A stretch of 63,926 nt of DNA, filler included, from Octopus bimaculoides (taxonomy: Eukaryota), in NCBI RefSeq assembly GCF_001194135.2. It is 8 parts of 8 records of this genome, joined end to end, with 100 filler letters (N's around TTAATTAATTAA, not from the genome) between each part and the next. Parts side by side here need not be neighbours in the genome. Positions count along the whole stretch, not along the records: positions 1 to 7,866 come from NC_068991.1; positions 7,967 to 21,967 come from NC_068986.1; 6 more parts are not named here. One strand, written 5' to 3'. The translations under genes were made by a program, and so were the position numbers. Shown here in pieces: positions 1-12,116 of the stretch. The notes under the pieces are model-generated. The model had not been told where the DNA came from. It saw nothing but the letters and a program-made list of their open reading frames with translations, and did not search any database. How positions within the stretch are numbered: position 1 is the first letter of the stretch; each line of letters opens with the position of its first letter.

Positions 1-250
1 GGGATGGTGGCGAACCCTGCTGTACTCTTTTACCACAACCTTCTCTCACTCTTTCTTCCTGTTTCTGTTGTGCCTGTAATTCAAAGGGTCAGCCTTGTCA
101 CACTGTGTCACGCTGAATATCTCCGAGAACTACGTTAAGGGTACACGTGTCTGTGGAGTGCTCAGCCACTTGCACGTTAATTTCACGAGCAGGCTGTTTC
201 ATTGATCGGATCAACTGGAACCCTCGATGTCGTAAGCGACAGAGTGCCAG
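1..250 (+). mobile_element. tRNA-derived SINE family A, 3-prime body
   Basis: Near-identical body (gtaattcaaagggtcagccttgtcacactg...aactggaaccctc...gagtgcca) also at 2827-3022 and 22715-22927. The tRNA-like head is seen at 5245-5350 and 23029-23252. Confidence 0.8.
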
Positions 251-616
251 CAAAAAGCAATATTTGTCAGAGTAATCTGAATGCTAAAGGGTTAACACTC
301 TGCAACCTCTACAGATCTTTTACATTCATTACTCATTACCATGTTGCATCTCGTTTCCAGCACGTATTTTACATTCTCACTGTGTGTCTTATACACAGAA
401 AGAGAAACCCTTTTGTTGCTAACAGAAACGAAGTTCCTTAAACTTTTTCCCCATGTCGTCCTTATTCTAGCTGGAACACTTTCATTACAACCACCTCCAG
501 CACAGTTAGATCAAAAATGTAACAAATTCCTCTGTTGCTTCTCTGCATTCATTACTCATATTTCACACCTGTAAATTATGGCCCTTCATATACTTACAAC
601 TTACACATTTCCCATA

Positions 617-955
617 GAAGCTCATGGCTCATTGGTTAGAGTGTTGAGCTCACAATCATGAGGTAATGAGTTCGATTCCAAGACTGAGTTGTGTGTTGTG
701 TTCTTGAACAAGATACTTTATTTCACATTGCTCCAGTTCACTCAGCTGTAAAAATGGGTTGTGATGTCATAGGTGCCAAGCTGTATTGGCCCCTTTGCCT
801 TTCCCTTGGATAACATCGGTGGCGTGGAGAAGAGAGGCTGGTATGTATGAGCAACTGCTGGTCTTCTATAAACAACCTTGTCCAGACTTGTGCCTCAGAG
901 AGGAACTCTCTAGGTTCAATTCCATGGTCAGACATGACTGAAGGGGGTCTTTACC
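617..955 (+). mobile_element. tRNA-derived SINE family B (CORE-like centre), near full length
   Basis: TGGCTCATTGG A box, GAGTTCGATTCC B box and ttgaacaagatacttt...cagctgtaaaaatggg centre. Reverse copy at 31447-31770; partial heads at 54753-54878 and 55598-55725. Confidence 0.8.
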
Positions 956-1572
956 CTTTACACATTTCCCTTCACTTCCAGTGAGTCTTCCTCTTCTCTT
1001 TTGTACACCACTCAGTTCCATCCACATCTCACTCTAGTCAGCATCATTAAGTTTTTATCTACCTTCTGCACTCAACATGGCTCTTAGGTGATAAAATGTT
1101 TTCTCAACTTTAACGAACCATTTTTCCATTTCTTTCGGGGTTGATAAATTAAGTACCAATTGCATACTGGGGTCAATCTAATTGACTGGCTCCCATCCCC
1201 CCCAAATTTCAGACCTTGTGCCAAGAGTTGAAAAGAATATCTTCATTCTATCTTCCAATAACTTAATTGTTAACCGACCAACCAACCAACCACAGTGAAA
1301 GGAATCCCCACTCCCATTGCACAAAGGATTGAGAGCCCTTAATTCTTAGTCCACTAGTTTTCTCTGTGTGCCTACAGCTTTGTAATATAACAGGGATCTT
1401 CATCCAAAACAAACGGTTGTAAGGTGATTTAAGGTGATTAAGGTGGTTTATGGTGTGCGAGTGAATGGGATAGAAAAGTTTGCTTAAAGATTCTCCTGAC
1501 ATATTTGGGTGTATTTTTGTATGATTATTTCATGGTTTGCTTTTCAATTTCATTTCTTGAAATTCTTTTTAG

Positions 1573-1744
1573 ACCAGTCTTCACTTGAAGGCGCAATTGT
1601 TGGAAATGAAAAAGAGACAAACAACTTACCTTCACCCTATGGTGTCCGCAACCGGGGCATTGCTGGAAGTCTCCTTGAAAATAATGGCTTCCAGTGGTTA
1701 CTTGAAGAGGATGTTGATGAGAATGCCGTACAGAAGCCACTCCT
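1573..1744 (+). CDS. YIPF4: YIPF4 (Yip1 family) coding exon, first one present in the window
   Basis: Acceptor ttctttttAG at 1571-72, donor GTAAGT at 1745. Encodes (D)QSSLEG...LLENNGFQWLLEEDVDENAVQKPL(L). It ends in phase 2 and joins 3186 in frame to give KPLLEELDID. It starts in phase 1, so an upstream exon lies outside the window. Confidence 0.88.
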
Positions 1745-2826
1745 GTAAGTTTTGTCATTCAGGTGTTATTGAGTTGTTGTTTTATTATTTCATTCTTACA
1801 AGGCTTTGGTCAGGCCAAGGTTATCGTAGAGGAGTAGATGAAACTGGCCCACAGTTCCACACGCTGGGTTGGAACCTGAAACTATGTGATTACAAAGTGA
1901 ACTTTGTAATTATAGCCATGCCTGCACTTTTAATATGTATATAAATTTATATATAGATCCTTAAAGACTCACTCATGCCAGGGGGCATCCTGAATGCTAG
2001 GACGGAGATTTTCGGACCATGACTGCATTTTAGAAAATTCCTGTTGGCCTTTTGGAATCCGCATGGCAGCACCACAGCTGGAAAGCAATAGCCAAGGCCA
2101 AAGGGAGACAATCATTTACCTTCATGGCGCTTTGGTGACCGCAAGATGGCAGCATGGCCGAAGATTGATGGACAATGACAAAGGGAGATTATCACCTAAG
2201 GCTTTACCCTTAAAAACGAGGCCTTTCCCCCTCCATATTTTAAAGAGGTCTCAGGCCAGCAGTGTTTGGGGTCTGAAGATATGCCATAAGACTAAGAGCA
2301 AGAAACCCAGGGTAATTCCATAAACCAGCCTACCCCCACTATAATATATAGAGAGAGAGATTATATGCAGGTAGTTGTCCTTCCATACAGGCTTGTCCCC
2401 TGTATCCCTCTCCAGCTGAGCGTTCTTAATCTTGCAGGCTCATGGGTGCTGGTGCCATGTAAAAGCACCTGGGCTGGTGCTACATAGAAACACCCAGTAC
2501 ACTCTGTAAAGTGGTTGGCATTAGGAAAGGCATCCAGCTGTAGAAACCATGCCAAAACAGACATGGAACCAGGGCAGCTCTTCAGCTGGCCAGTTCCTGT
2601 CAAACCCATACCAGCATGGAAAACAGACATTAAATGATGATGATGATGATGATGATGGTGTATGTGTGTGGAGAGAAACAGATACATTACATATAGATAT
2701 ATCTTAAATAGATTATATGTAATGAAGAATGAGAAAGGTCCATGGCTGCCCTCTTATCTCCAGACAATAAGCCTGTCCTGGACATAAATGCATTTTACTC
2801 TTCTTCTATAAGTCTAAGCTCCTTGG

Positions 2827-3022
2827 TTTCTTCCTGTTTCTGTTGTGCCCGTAATTCAAAGGGTCAGCCTTGTCACACTGAATATCCCCGAGAACTATGT
2901 TAAGGGTACACGTGTCTGTGGAGTGCTCAGCCACTTGCACGTTAATTTCACGAGCAGGCTGTTCCGTTGATCGGATCAACTGGAACCCTCAATGCCGTAA
3001 GCAACGGAGTGCCAACAACAAC
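2827..3022 (+). mobile_element. SINE family A, 3-prime fragment with (ACA)n tail
   Basis: Same body as 61-250. Confidence 0.8.
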
Positions 3023-3174
3023 AATTTACTGAAAAATCTAGGGAATCAATTCGTTAGAAATAAATTAAAGAAAGGGTTAAAGCTAAATTACTGCCAATTT
3101 AATTACCAGCTTCATCATTTCATTTATATTGCTGAAACTCTTACAGTTAATTATCTAAATGATTTCTTTTTTAA

Positions 3175-3411
<237 letters not shown>

Positions 3412-3691
3412 TGACCAGGTGTGGAAGTTTTGTTGGTTTTTTCAGGTTTAAAATTCAAAAAAGTTTCATAATCTGAAATTTTAATGAAAAAAGAAAAAAA
3501 ATTTATTAAAACTTAATTTTTAATTGAAGTTTAAAAACAAAAACTGAATGACAATCTGAAATTCAAATTAGTGATTTCAATTTGATTTTTCAGTATAAAT
3601 TTTTTAATGTTTTCAGATTTATAAATGGAAGAATGAAATTTCATTTCATTTCAGTAATCAATCTTTCTCAATTAACACTATGTCTGGTTTC

Positions 3692-3692
3692 C

Positions 3693-3788
<96 letters not shown>

Positions 3789-3872
3789 TACTACTACTAC
3801 TACTACTACTACTATTATTATTATTATTATTATTACTATTATTGTTATTATTATTATTATTATTATTATCAA

Positions 3873-3906
<34 letters not shown>

Positions 3907-3974
3907 GTTGTTGTTATTACTATTATCAATATTATTATTATTACTATTATTGTTATTATTATTATTATTATTAG
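3692..3974. repeat. Compound (ATT)n/(ACT)n/(GTT)n microsatellite ending at the YIPF4 3-prime splice site
   Basis: Direct observation. Confidence 0.97.
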
Positions 3975-4091
<117 letters not shown>

Positions 4092-4616
4092 TAGAACTAA
4101 ATCTATGCAAAGATCTTTGTAACCGACTCGGTGAATACAGAAATGGTAGCAGGAAAGTATTCGAGTACGTTTAGAATGGATGCTTCAAAGAATCAGTTTG
4201 AGTCATTATAACAGAAGATATATATATATAAAAAAAAAAACAATCTTAGCTGCTTGAGAAAAATCTAGAATACAGAGGCAGTTGGTTGATTTCTTAGAAG
4301 CAGCATGTCTTGCACCAGAAATATGTTATGTTTCAGCTTTGATTAAGAACATTCTGTGCATTCAACCATGTAGCATTTGGTTGTATTGTATGTAGCAGTC
4401 AGCATGTCTTGTGTTGTCCATTCTGTTCTTCTATGATTCTGTTTTCGTAGTTAGAACCCCTTGAGATGAGATCTGAAACTAGGGACAGACCATTCTAAGC
4501 ACAAAAGATTTGGTAAAAGTCACACCAAGAAAGTTTATAAAAAGAAGGAAGAATTAGTAACTGTAATTGACCCTTTTGGTACCAACCCAACTGGTTTTGT
4601 GGTACAAACTTCATGT

Positions 4617-4800
4617 CTTAACCCTTTTAATATCTAAACTGGCCATATCTGGCTTAAATAATTTATCTGTGTTTATGTTAACACTGGCCAGATCCAGCCT
4701 CTCACACCTCAACAATGAAATCTCAAAGCTACAAGATGATGCATGATGAATTCAAAACAATGTCAATAAATAAACATTACATTTGACAAAGTAATAATGA
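4617..4800 (+). mobile_element. Possible piggyBac-like MITE left end
   Basis: Begins TTAA|CCCTTT. The complementary end aaagggTTAA is seen at about 285-295 and 3070-3080, and the same start at 46082. Confidence 0.35.
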
Positions 4801-4867
4801 AGAAGTTTTAATGTCCAAGTATTTAATTGTTAGGATCAATTTTAAAACCTTTCTTTCTCTCTTCCAG

Positions 4868-4981
4868 GTAACTTATTCACAGTGTTTGGGTGTGATAGGA
4901 TATTCCGTTTTACCACTAGTTATTATGGCATCCATAATGCCAGTTGTTCATTCTTTGCCACTTGTCAGTACTGTTTTCAAA
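4868..4981 (+). CDS. YIPF4: YIPF4 coding exon
   Basis: Polypyrimidine tract plus cAG at 4866-67, donor GTAAGA at 4982; VTYSQCLGVIGYSVLPLVIMASIMPVVHSLPLVSTVFK. Confidence 0.97.
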
Positions 4982-5244
4982 GTAAGAATGTTTTACTTAT
5001 CTTCACATTGGTTCTTGTTCTTTTGTTTTTCTTTTAGTTTTTTGTTTTTAGTTTTTTGGGTGGGTTTTTTCCATTTCTTTCAAACAAAGTATTAATTTAA
5101 TCCAACAAAGTCTTGCAAAACAAACTGCTTTTATTTTCCCCAAATAATAAAAAAAATCTCAGCAAGTTTCTCTAATTTCATATGCAAAATTAAAAGATAT
5201 ATGGTAGAAAAGAGGTCATATGCCCACAGCCATTGGAGTCTGGC

Positions 5245-5420
5245 GGAGGCAACTAGCCTAGTGGTTAGAGCAGTGGACTCGCGGTCTAGGGATCGCAGGT
5301 TTGAATCTCAGACCGGGTGATGTGTGTGTTTATGAGCAAAACACCTGTTCTGTTTGGCTCCAGCAGAAGGTAATGGCGAATTTCTGCTGACTCTTTTGCC
5401 ACAACTCTCTCTCACTTTTT
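5245..5420 (+). mobile_element. SINE family A, tRNA-like head
   Basis: A-box-like TAGCCTAGTGG and B-box-like GGTTTGAATCTC; body matches 23090-23252 (-). Confidence 0.75.
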
Positions 5421-5679
5421 TCAATGAAATCGGGAAACTGGCCGTTATGAGCCAGGCATGGTTCAAAAAGGAACAAACAACAACATTGGAGTCTGACGAT
5501 TCGTCTATAAAGCAAAGCGCTTTATGGATGTGAAACCATTGGTCACTCTATGACCGAATGTATATTTAAGTGCGTGTAAATATTGCAGCCACTCATGTCT
5601 GGTCCAGTTAAGAGTACCTCTGATACATCGGACGATATGATATGCTTGAGAAGACCTGTTGAGTCAAATAAAACCAAGA

Positions 5680-5970
5680 TCATAGCTGTGGCCAGTACCC
5701 CCTGACTGGTTCCCGTGCCAGTAGCATGTAAAAAGCACTATCCAAATATGGTCAATGCCAGGCCCACCTGACTGACTCCTGTGCCAGTGGCACATAAAAA
5801 GCACCCGCTATATTCTCAGAGTGGTTGGCATTAGGAAAGGCATCCAGCTGTAGAAACATTGCCAGATCAGATTGGAGCCTGGTGCAGCCACTGGCTCCCC
5901 AGACCTCTGTCAACCCATCCAACCCATGCCAGCATGGAGAACAGACATTAAACAATGATGACGATGATGA
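5680..5970 (+). mobile_element. Retroposon family E, 3-prime end with (GAT)n tail
   Basis: aaaagcacc...gtggttggcattaggaaaggcatccagctgtagaaac...gcatggagaacagacattaaac(gat)n. Copies at 2440-2658 (+), 43430-43655 (-), 46160-46378 (-), 55925-56130 (-) and 48940-49020 (+). Confidence 0.75.
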
Positions 5971-6049
5971 TATATTCTGAAATAGAGTACAAGGCTTATT
6001 ACATTTTATCACATTTATTTCCTTTATTAAATATTATTAAAATCATTAA

Positions 6050-6226
<177 letters not shown>

Positions 6227-6249
6227 ACACAAGTGGGTGTGGCATTTGG

Positions 6250-6255
6250 AATAAA
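6250..6255 (+). promoter_or_regulatory. Possible polyadenylation signal of YIPF4
   Basis: AATAAA 24 nt after the stop codon, followed by T-rich sequence. Motif only. Confidence 0.3.
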
Positions 6256-6365
6256 ACTTACTGGGATGTAGGAATATTGATTTTATTTTTCCTATACTGT
6301 TTATCTTCAAATAATTAATTCAAATGATATATATTGCTTAGATATACATTATCATNNNNNNNNNN

Positions 6366-6860
<495 letters not shown>

Positions 6861-7436
6861 TGTTTATAAGTATGTATGTGTGTGCATATGCACATGTTTG
6901 TGTGCGTGAGTGCATGTGATCCTTTTCTTGCACCGTGTGATTTGCAAAAGATTTGATCTGTGACCACACTGCTAAACGTGACACACTGACATTGAATCTC
7001 AACTCAACATCCATTCAACCTTCTTTGCTATTATTTACCAGTGGACTATGATGCTTCAAACTAAATACATTTGGGTGGAAATATATTACTATTAAGAGTG
7101 TCTATAACACCATATATATCTATGCATGTAGTGTGTATGTGTCTGTGTAAATGTGTATGAATATATGCATTTATATTGTATGTGTGTGTGTGTGTATGTA
7201 TATATGTATGTATAGTTGAAATGAAAGAATGTGGCACACAACACATTTAGTAAGAGTTAAATATATTATTATTTAAAATGGTTTGATTTAGCCCCGTGAG
7301 ACTTAAAATTTGATGGGCTGCTTATGGGCTAGGTTTCAGTAAGGAGCTTATGAAACTCTAAGTCGCATGGGGCCGAATGAAACTGTTTTAAATAATAATA
7401 ATAGTAGTGCATGTGTATATATATATACATACATAC

Positions 7437-7769
7437 ATAATTTCTTTATTTGTGAATTAAGGCTACCATTGGTTTCATGTTAGTATCTTAACAATTTTTC
7501 TTCAAGCCGATCACATGGAGAATGGTGTTTGCCTCCATTTTGGAAAATAGTCTCGCTTCGTTCACAGGATTTTGTCCCTTGATTCATTGTTTCATTCACA
7601 TGCGAATTTATGAGAAATCTCATGCACGAAGAGAGACAGTTTTCCAAAATGGAGGCGAACAACTTTCTCCATGTGATTGGCTTGAAATATTGTTAAGACA
7701 CTAGGATATTTTCCCACTTTTCTTAACATGAAACCAATGGTAGCCTTAATTCACAAATAAAGGAATTAT
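7437..7769. mobile_element. Foldback/MITE with nested inverted repeats
   Basis: Outer arms tttctttatttgtgaattaaggctaccattggtttcatgtta / taacatgaaaccaatggtagccttaattcacaaataaaggaa plus an inner inverted pair of about 70 bp. Related sequence at about 44640-44760. Confidence 0.75.
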
Positions 7770-7866
7770 ATATCCACCAATGCGGTGTTGAGCACTCATT
7801 CCATCATTCAACATTTACATATATACATACATATCAATACACACACACACACACACACACACACAT

Positions 7867-7966
7867 NNNNNNNNNNNNNNNNNNNNNNNNNNNNNNNNNN
7901 NNNNNNNNNNTTAATTAATTAANNNNNNNNNNNNNNNNNNNNNNNNNNNNNNNNNNNNNNNNNNNN
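7867..7966. other. Artificial scaffold join (44 N + TTAATTAATTAA + 44 N)
   Basis: The identical 100-bp structure occurs seven times in the window. Confidence 0.95.
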
Positions 7967-8435
7967 ATCGTCGATGCATGAACAGACGATCAAGATACTG
8001 GGACTGGGTCTCGAAATCCTGGTCCAGGCTGCACAAACGTCGGAGGCGGAGGAACTGGGAGTAGGGGATGGCCCGTATGGTGTGGAATGGATGGAAGGAG
8101 GAGAAGTTGAGGTAGAGGTGGGAGTCAGTGGGTTTGAAGAAGGCGGAGGTAGTTAGAGAGTTGGAGGGGTGGTTGATGGAAAGAGAGATGTCGAGGAAGT
8201 TAACAGAGGTGTCAGAGATGTCAGAGATGTCAGAGGTGTCAAGAGCAGGGTGGAAGTTAGAGAGGAAGGAGATGAAAAGGCAGAGCTGTTCGCGGGAGAG
8301 GGAGGTGGCTCCTATATAGTCATCTATGTAGCGACCGTATAGTTCTGGGGTCGGACCGGAGAATTGGGAGAATACTTGGGCCTCAATGTAACCAAAGAAG
8401 AGGTTGGCATAATTGGGACCCATTCTCGGTAGACA
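7967..8435 (-). mobile_element. Penelope-like element reverse transcriptase fragment
   Basis: Open frame with MGPNYANLFFG, RYIDDYI, VNFLDISL, KPTDSHLYL and PYSQFLRLRRLCS, typical of PLE RT and thumb. Contains an in-frame 9-bp tandem duplication near 8210-8240. Cut by the assembly join. Confidence 0.9.
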
Positions 8436-8559
8436 TACATTTAAAGAGACATGTTCATACCTACACACACAACCACATATGCACTAATTTATTTACTCAT
8501 AAATACATACATTAATACACATGTACATACATAATTAAGATTAGTCTATCACAGCACAG

Positions 8560-8624
8560 GAATCCGTGTCTGCTGGAATTTTACAACGTGACAAATCTGT
8601 GGGAGATGGTATGGGTCTAGAAAA
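8560..8624 (+). CDS. Candidate short internal exon, unknown gene
   Basis: cacAG acceptor, open frame ESVSAGILQRDKSVGDGMGLE, strong AA/GTAAGT donor. No recognisable homology. Confidence 0.25.
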
Positions 8625-9095
8625 GTAAGTGGTCAGTTTTTTTTTTTCATAAAATCAGTATATGAGAATATGTGGCACTCTCTGGATATAACCACTGATG
8701 CAAAGTATATAACTATCTTCAAACAACACGAAGCAGGAATAGGAGTTTGAATTTGAAATTAATAAATACGAAGATGAATAGTGTTCATACAGATATTTCT
8801 TTTTTATACTACGAAGTTCTTACAATATCTATTTGGTAGGAATCATGTATAGTACCATTTCATTCTTTTTATAAATCTTCGGCACGATATAACCTGTAAC
8901 TTATTAATTATATACATTGCGAAGAGAGACATTTCAATAAAATTAAAGATGAAATTAATTACAGTCTGGAAGAAACTCATGGGATGTTTCTTTTTTTCTT
9001 TTGTGTGTGTGTGTGTGTGTGTATTGGCTGATTAGGAATCGAAAGAAAGTATGTCTTTGGTGTTTATGTACAGAATAAATGCCATTTTCATTTAC

Positions 9096-9262
9096 TTCGT
9101 GGAAATGTTTTAACGTTGCCACTAGCTTCAACACCAGCCAACAAAATAATTCCCGATGTATTGTTGAAAATGTAGACATCTTTTAAGGCTGTTATCTTAT
9201 ATATGTAATCCTTGGCGTTGTCGAACGAATATCCTTTCATAAGGACAAGTGTTCTAACCATC
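9096..9262 (-). CDS. Candidate internal exon, cadherin-repeat-like
   Basis: Minus-strand T-tract plus ctaAG acceptor, 55 open codons MVRTLVLMKGYSFDNAKDYIYKITALKDVYIFNNTSGIILLAGVEASGNVKTFPR, donor A/GTAAAT. YxI...F.....GxIxL loosely resembles a cadherin repeat. Confidence 0.4.
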
Positions 9263-9402
9263 CTTAGAATGTAAAAAAAAAAAAGGAAATAACTTAAATA
9301 CGGATGAAGAAGCATAACAATGTTGACTAAGGTATTGGTACCATCCTGACGACTCTGATACGTGTCTGCATATGAGTGAATATATACAGACTCAGAGATT
9401 TA

Positions 9403-9433
<31 letters not shown>

Positions 9434-9439
9434 TGTATG

Positions 9440-9860
9440 TATATCGTTTATCTGTTGTACAATTTCTCTTTGCGGAATGTTATTTATGATATCCATGTAC
9501 ACTACAGAAGGATCGTGGAAAAGATCTGCAAAGTGTTCTCTCCATCTAGTCATTATTTCAGGAGGATCGTTAATAATCCCATTTCCATCTTTTGAATGCA
9601 AGGGAACATATGATAAAGATTGGGGTCCAAAAGCCTGCTGTAATAAACTATAAAAACTTTTAATGTCTTTCTTGTCATAGGCCGCCTGCACTTCCTCAGA
9701 CAAATTTCTCCACCAAGTGTCTTTAAGCCTCCTGAGTTCTTGTTTGTATGTTTGCTTCCTGAGACTTGTACAACATTTTTAGTCGCACTTTGCTCTTTAC
9801 GTAGAGAGGTGCTGTTAGGACTGGTTGCAATGCCTGGGAGCAAGAGATAATTCAGCGCTG
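9440..9860 (-). mobile_element. RTE-clade LINE fragment (endonuclease-RT linker region)
   Basis: LRRLKDTWWRNLSEEVQAAYDKKDIKSFYSLLQQAFGP...PLHSKDG...EIMTRWREHFADLF, characteristic of RTE/BovB-type ORF2. Confidence 0.8.
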
Positions 9861-9889
9861 AACAATTGGAACTGAAATCACCAGTGAAT

Positions 9890-10200
9890 AGTGGGTATGT
9901 ATTATGTGTGATCGTGTTCTTTTGTCAAAAGCAGGATACGAGAATCATATGAAGTCACAAAACTTATAAATATCTAGACTTAGAAGACATATGCTAGTTT
10001 ACAAAAACATTCCTTCAGAATCAGATTCCAAATGGCGAAGAAGTAGAAGAAATTTGAATGTCATTTGTGTTTTAAACCTTGCCAGACAGCAGTTGGCCTT
10101 AAAACCATCTGAGGGCTCATCAACAGAGGGATTGTGCTGCGATGGGGTGTGGTGTGTCTGTTGATGGGACGGCTATCAGCTGTCACGATGAAGGAATCAT
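9890..10200 (+). mobile_element. LINE 3-prime end with C2H2-type zinc fingers
   Basis: VCIMCDRVLLSKAGYENHMKSQ, RLRRHMLVY and ECHLCFKPCQTAVGLK/NHLRAH, followed by a 3-prime UTR. A second copy lies at about 60910-61200. Confidence 0.6.
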
Positions 10201-10831
10201 TATGTATGTACTGTGTATGTATGTATATATATATATATNNNNNNNNNNNNNNNNNNNNNNNNNNNNNNNNNNNNNNNNNNNNNNNNNNNNNNNNNNNNNN
10301 NNNNNNNNNNNNNNNNNNNNNNNNNNNNNNNNNNNNNNNNNNNNNNNNNNNNNNNNNNNNNNNNNNNNNNNNNNNNNNNNNNNNNNNNNNNNNNNNNNNN
10401 NNNNNNNNNNNNNNNNNNNNNNNNNNNNNNNNNNNNNNNNNNNNNNNNNNNNNNNNNNNNNNNNNNNNNNNNNNNNNNNNNNNNNNNNNNNNNNNNNNNN
10501 NNNNNNNNNNNNNNNNNNNNNNNNNNNNNNNNNNNNNNNNNNNNNNNNNNNNNNNNNNNNNNNNNNNNNNNNNNNNNNNNNNNNNNNNNNNNNNNNNNNN
10601 NNNNNNNNNNNNNNNNNNNNNNNNNNNNNNNNNNNNNNNNNNNNNNNNNNNNNNNNNNNNNNNNNNNNNNNNNNNNNNNNNNNNNNNNNNNNNNNNNNNN
10701 NNNNNNNNNNNNNNNNNNNNNNNNNNNNNNNNNNNNNNNNNNNNNNNNNNNNNNNNNNNNNNNNNNNNNNNNNNNNNNNNNNNNNNNNNNNNNNNNNNNN
10801 NNNNNNNNNNNNNNNNNNNNNNNNNNNNNNN

Positions 10832-10869
<38 letters not shown>

Positions 10870-11731
10870 TGGCACACGCACGCACACATACACAAACATA
10901 TATATTTATAGACATATTGTTGCGTACTGCGACCTCCCAGTACCACCACCAACACGGGGTCAACAGTCTAGTCAGTTGTGAGAAAAAACGGCAGGCCAGC
11001 TCAGTAAACCAAACTAACAAACCGTTGAGTATAAGCAAAATAAAAGAAATAGGAGAATAAAAATTTATGGAATATATTTTAGTGAATTCTTTTATTTACC
11101 ACTGAAATGTGTAGACTTGTTTTGGTGATCTCTTTTTTTAATTTTCGGTCAGTTAATTGATTTATTTTTTTATCTTTTTCGACTAGAGTCTGTTGTTACT
11201 TTCGATTCACGTTAGTCCGGTAGCCAACTTCATACTCCGCGTTCTTTACGTTGTCAAGTTCACTCTGACTATTTTCGCGGCCAGTTCAAAACCGTCCTCT
11301 TCCTAGCAAAGACGCCATTGCTCACATTAACCACTGATGCCAACTTCTCGGCACTCACTTCAATCCAATCGTCCGACACCAACTCACACACGTCAACCAT
11401 CCTACATCGACTTCTAGCACAAACTACACAACACCAATTCACACACGTCAACTGTCGTACATCGGCTTCCGAGTACAGTCAGGTCGACACCAGCTAACAC
11501 ACGCAACCGTTGCACACTGGTTCCCCGGCACGGACTCTAGGCAAAGACTGCTGCCATGTGTTCACTCACTAGCATTTATAGTCGGCCCACACAGTAAAAG
11601 CGCGCCAAACCGTCAAGCCTACCCTTAAACAGTCACGTGACCAAAATGAAACAATTTTCGTCCCCCTTGCAAAACAAGAGTCCTAATCCGCGTCGTACGA
11701 ACGAGAAATTATCTTAATATAATTTTTCGTT

Positions 11732-11779
<48 letters not shown>

Positions 11780-12070
11780 TACTCATACTTACCCACACTC
11801 ACAAACATACAAACATGCGCACACATATACGCACACGCATATATATATATATAGGTTATGAGCGATAGCTGTGTCAATTAGACCCAGAGGTTTCAGGTAA
11901 TGCTGAGTAAGTGCTATGGATAGACCACAGTTAAACTCCAGGTTCGGTAGTTATGCGAATAAGGGGTCCAACGTAGGTCATAAATCAGCGTGTGAATATA
12001 GGATATACTTTTCGTAATGAGATAAAAAAAGCAAGGCTGTGTATAATATAGAACATTCATAAATCGAATA

Positions 12071-12116
12071 TCTTACAGCTGTTTCCAGAATATTTATTAT
12101 GTCCCTTCATCGGAGA
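12071..12116 (-). ncRNA. Degenerate hammerhead-like motif (PLE-derived)
   Basis: Minus strand TCT CCGATGA aggga...ttctg GAAAC AGCT GT A AGA. Palindromic stem III ACAGCTGT and GUA triplet, but U4 is C and stem II is weak. Confidence 0.35.

Noticed and set aside
4861-4873. CAG|GTAACT as a recursive splice site
   Set aside because: The GTA is the conserved first Val codon of a required YIPF4 exon and the introns are short; no support for recursive use.
7911-7922. TTAATTAATTAA as a biological palindrome or piggyBac site
   Set aside because: Always centred in exactly 44+44 N, so it is an assembly spacer.
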